Shown: positions 19,501-20,000 of the stretch, in pieces
How positions within the stretch are numbered: the first letter of the stretch is position 1
Layout: each line of letters begins with the position of its first letter
DNA from: Hydrurus foetidus
Lineage: Eukaryota
Assembly (NCBI GenBank): GCA_900617105.1
Contig: UYFQ01000594.1
Span: 52,525-72,524, forward strand
DNA length: 20,000 bases
Direction of reading: 5' to 3'
Translations under genes and position numbers: made by a program
The notes under the pieces: model-generated
Seen by the model: only the letters and a program-made list of their open reading frames with translations
Databases searched by the model: none
Told to the model about the DNA's origin: nothing

Positions 19501-20000
19501 ACATAGTCTAAGGTATCAGAGTCCTCAGAAGTGTTTGTAGGGGTGGGAATCTGGTCGCCACCTAGGTGCGGTGTATCACCCGTACGTTTTGCGAGAATAG
19601 TAGTGACACTATTCAGTCGCTCACAACCTACAACACCACAGGGATCTTGGGTCATGACTCCCTCGATCTCCATCTGAGTATCGTTACATGTCGACATTGT
19701 ATGGACACAAGAGACGTTGCTCTTCGAAGAAGATTGACCATGCAATATGCTCTTCTTGTTTGGATACTCGAAAGATCCGTGTGTTTCTCTCTTTTTAGAG
19801 GGTGGTTTACCGCCTGGATATTTCAGCTTGTCGTAGTGAGGTGTTAAAGACTCGACTACGGCTGTATCAGGTTCGGTACCCAACGCTATCATACGACGCG
19901 TATATTTGTGTTGAAACAACGGATCGAGTTTATCCAAAGCTTCTTTTCTTTCGAATTCGCGTCTGCGAGCATCGCTCTTTCTCTTATTCTCAGCACTTAA
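16506..20000 (-). CDS. pol: Pol polyprotein (RT, RNase H, integrase, chromodomain), 5'-truncated, three apparent 1-nt deletions
   Basis: RT: YSHPVIVTK...FRTCIDYRPLN, MDLTAGYHQ, RLPFG, YLDD. RNase H: LYTDASDFGIGGVL, QKEAYAI, IHTDH, LADALSR. Integrase: H-x5-H...CPCC, NVDY, SDRGSHF, ENAIVERVN, then KWHGPY. Chromodomain: FVVEKVLGH...FHVKWLNYDDSHNTWEPWKSL. The frame is open from 20000, with breaks at ~18957, ~18674 and ~18638. Confidence 0.95.

Larger units (their letters stand above)
15728..20000 (-). mobile_element. Ty3/Gypsy LTR retrotransposon with chromodomain (chromovirus-type), 3' portion
   Basis: pol domain order RT-RNase H-integrase-chromodomain, then a polypurine tract and an LTR-like segment. 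gag, protease and the 5' LTR lie beyond the right edge. Confidence 0.95.

Noticed and set aside
16659..19847. Plus-strand and alternative-frame ORFs over pol
   Set aside because: Short shadow ORFs with no recognisable domains.

Overview
Eukaryotic genomic DNA, probably from a protist such as a stramenopile (inferred from short 65-90 bp GT-AG introns and gene style; not provable here). The window is rich in transposable elements and has two apparently intact host genes, both on the minus strand: a 4-exon R2R3-type Myb transcription factor (6061-7935, ~541 aa) and a 2-exon small membrane protein with a mitochondrial-type presequence (10059-10810, ~178 aa). There are three mobile elements. (1) The 5' end of a hAT-like transposase with a CGGBP1/BED-like zinc finger runs off the left edge (1-1069). 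(2) A complete but decayed 3.6 kb hAT element (11087-14697) has 17-bp TIRs, a perfect 8-bp TSD and an unusual N-terminal Cys/His cluster. (3) The 3' part of a chromodomain-bearing Ty3/Gypsy LTR retrotransposon (15728-20000) has a 31-bp minisatellite in its 3' LTR and three pol frameshifts that all look like homopolymer errors. The least explained part is 1860-5940. It contains two divergent decayed coding relics sharing an exact 19-nt inverted match, an orphan 177-aa ORF, and a structured non-coding module (3110-3783) of perfect hairpins, 29-bp self-folding repeats and microsatellites. No CRISPR array, rRNA or tRNA was seen, and no new biological system can be demonstrated from the sequence alone.
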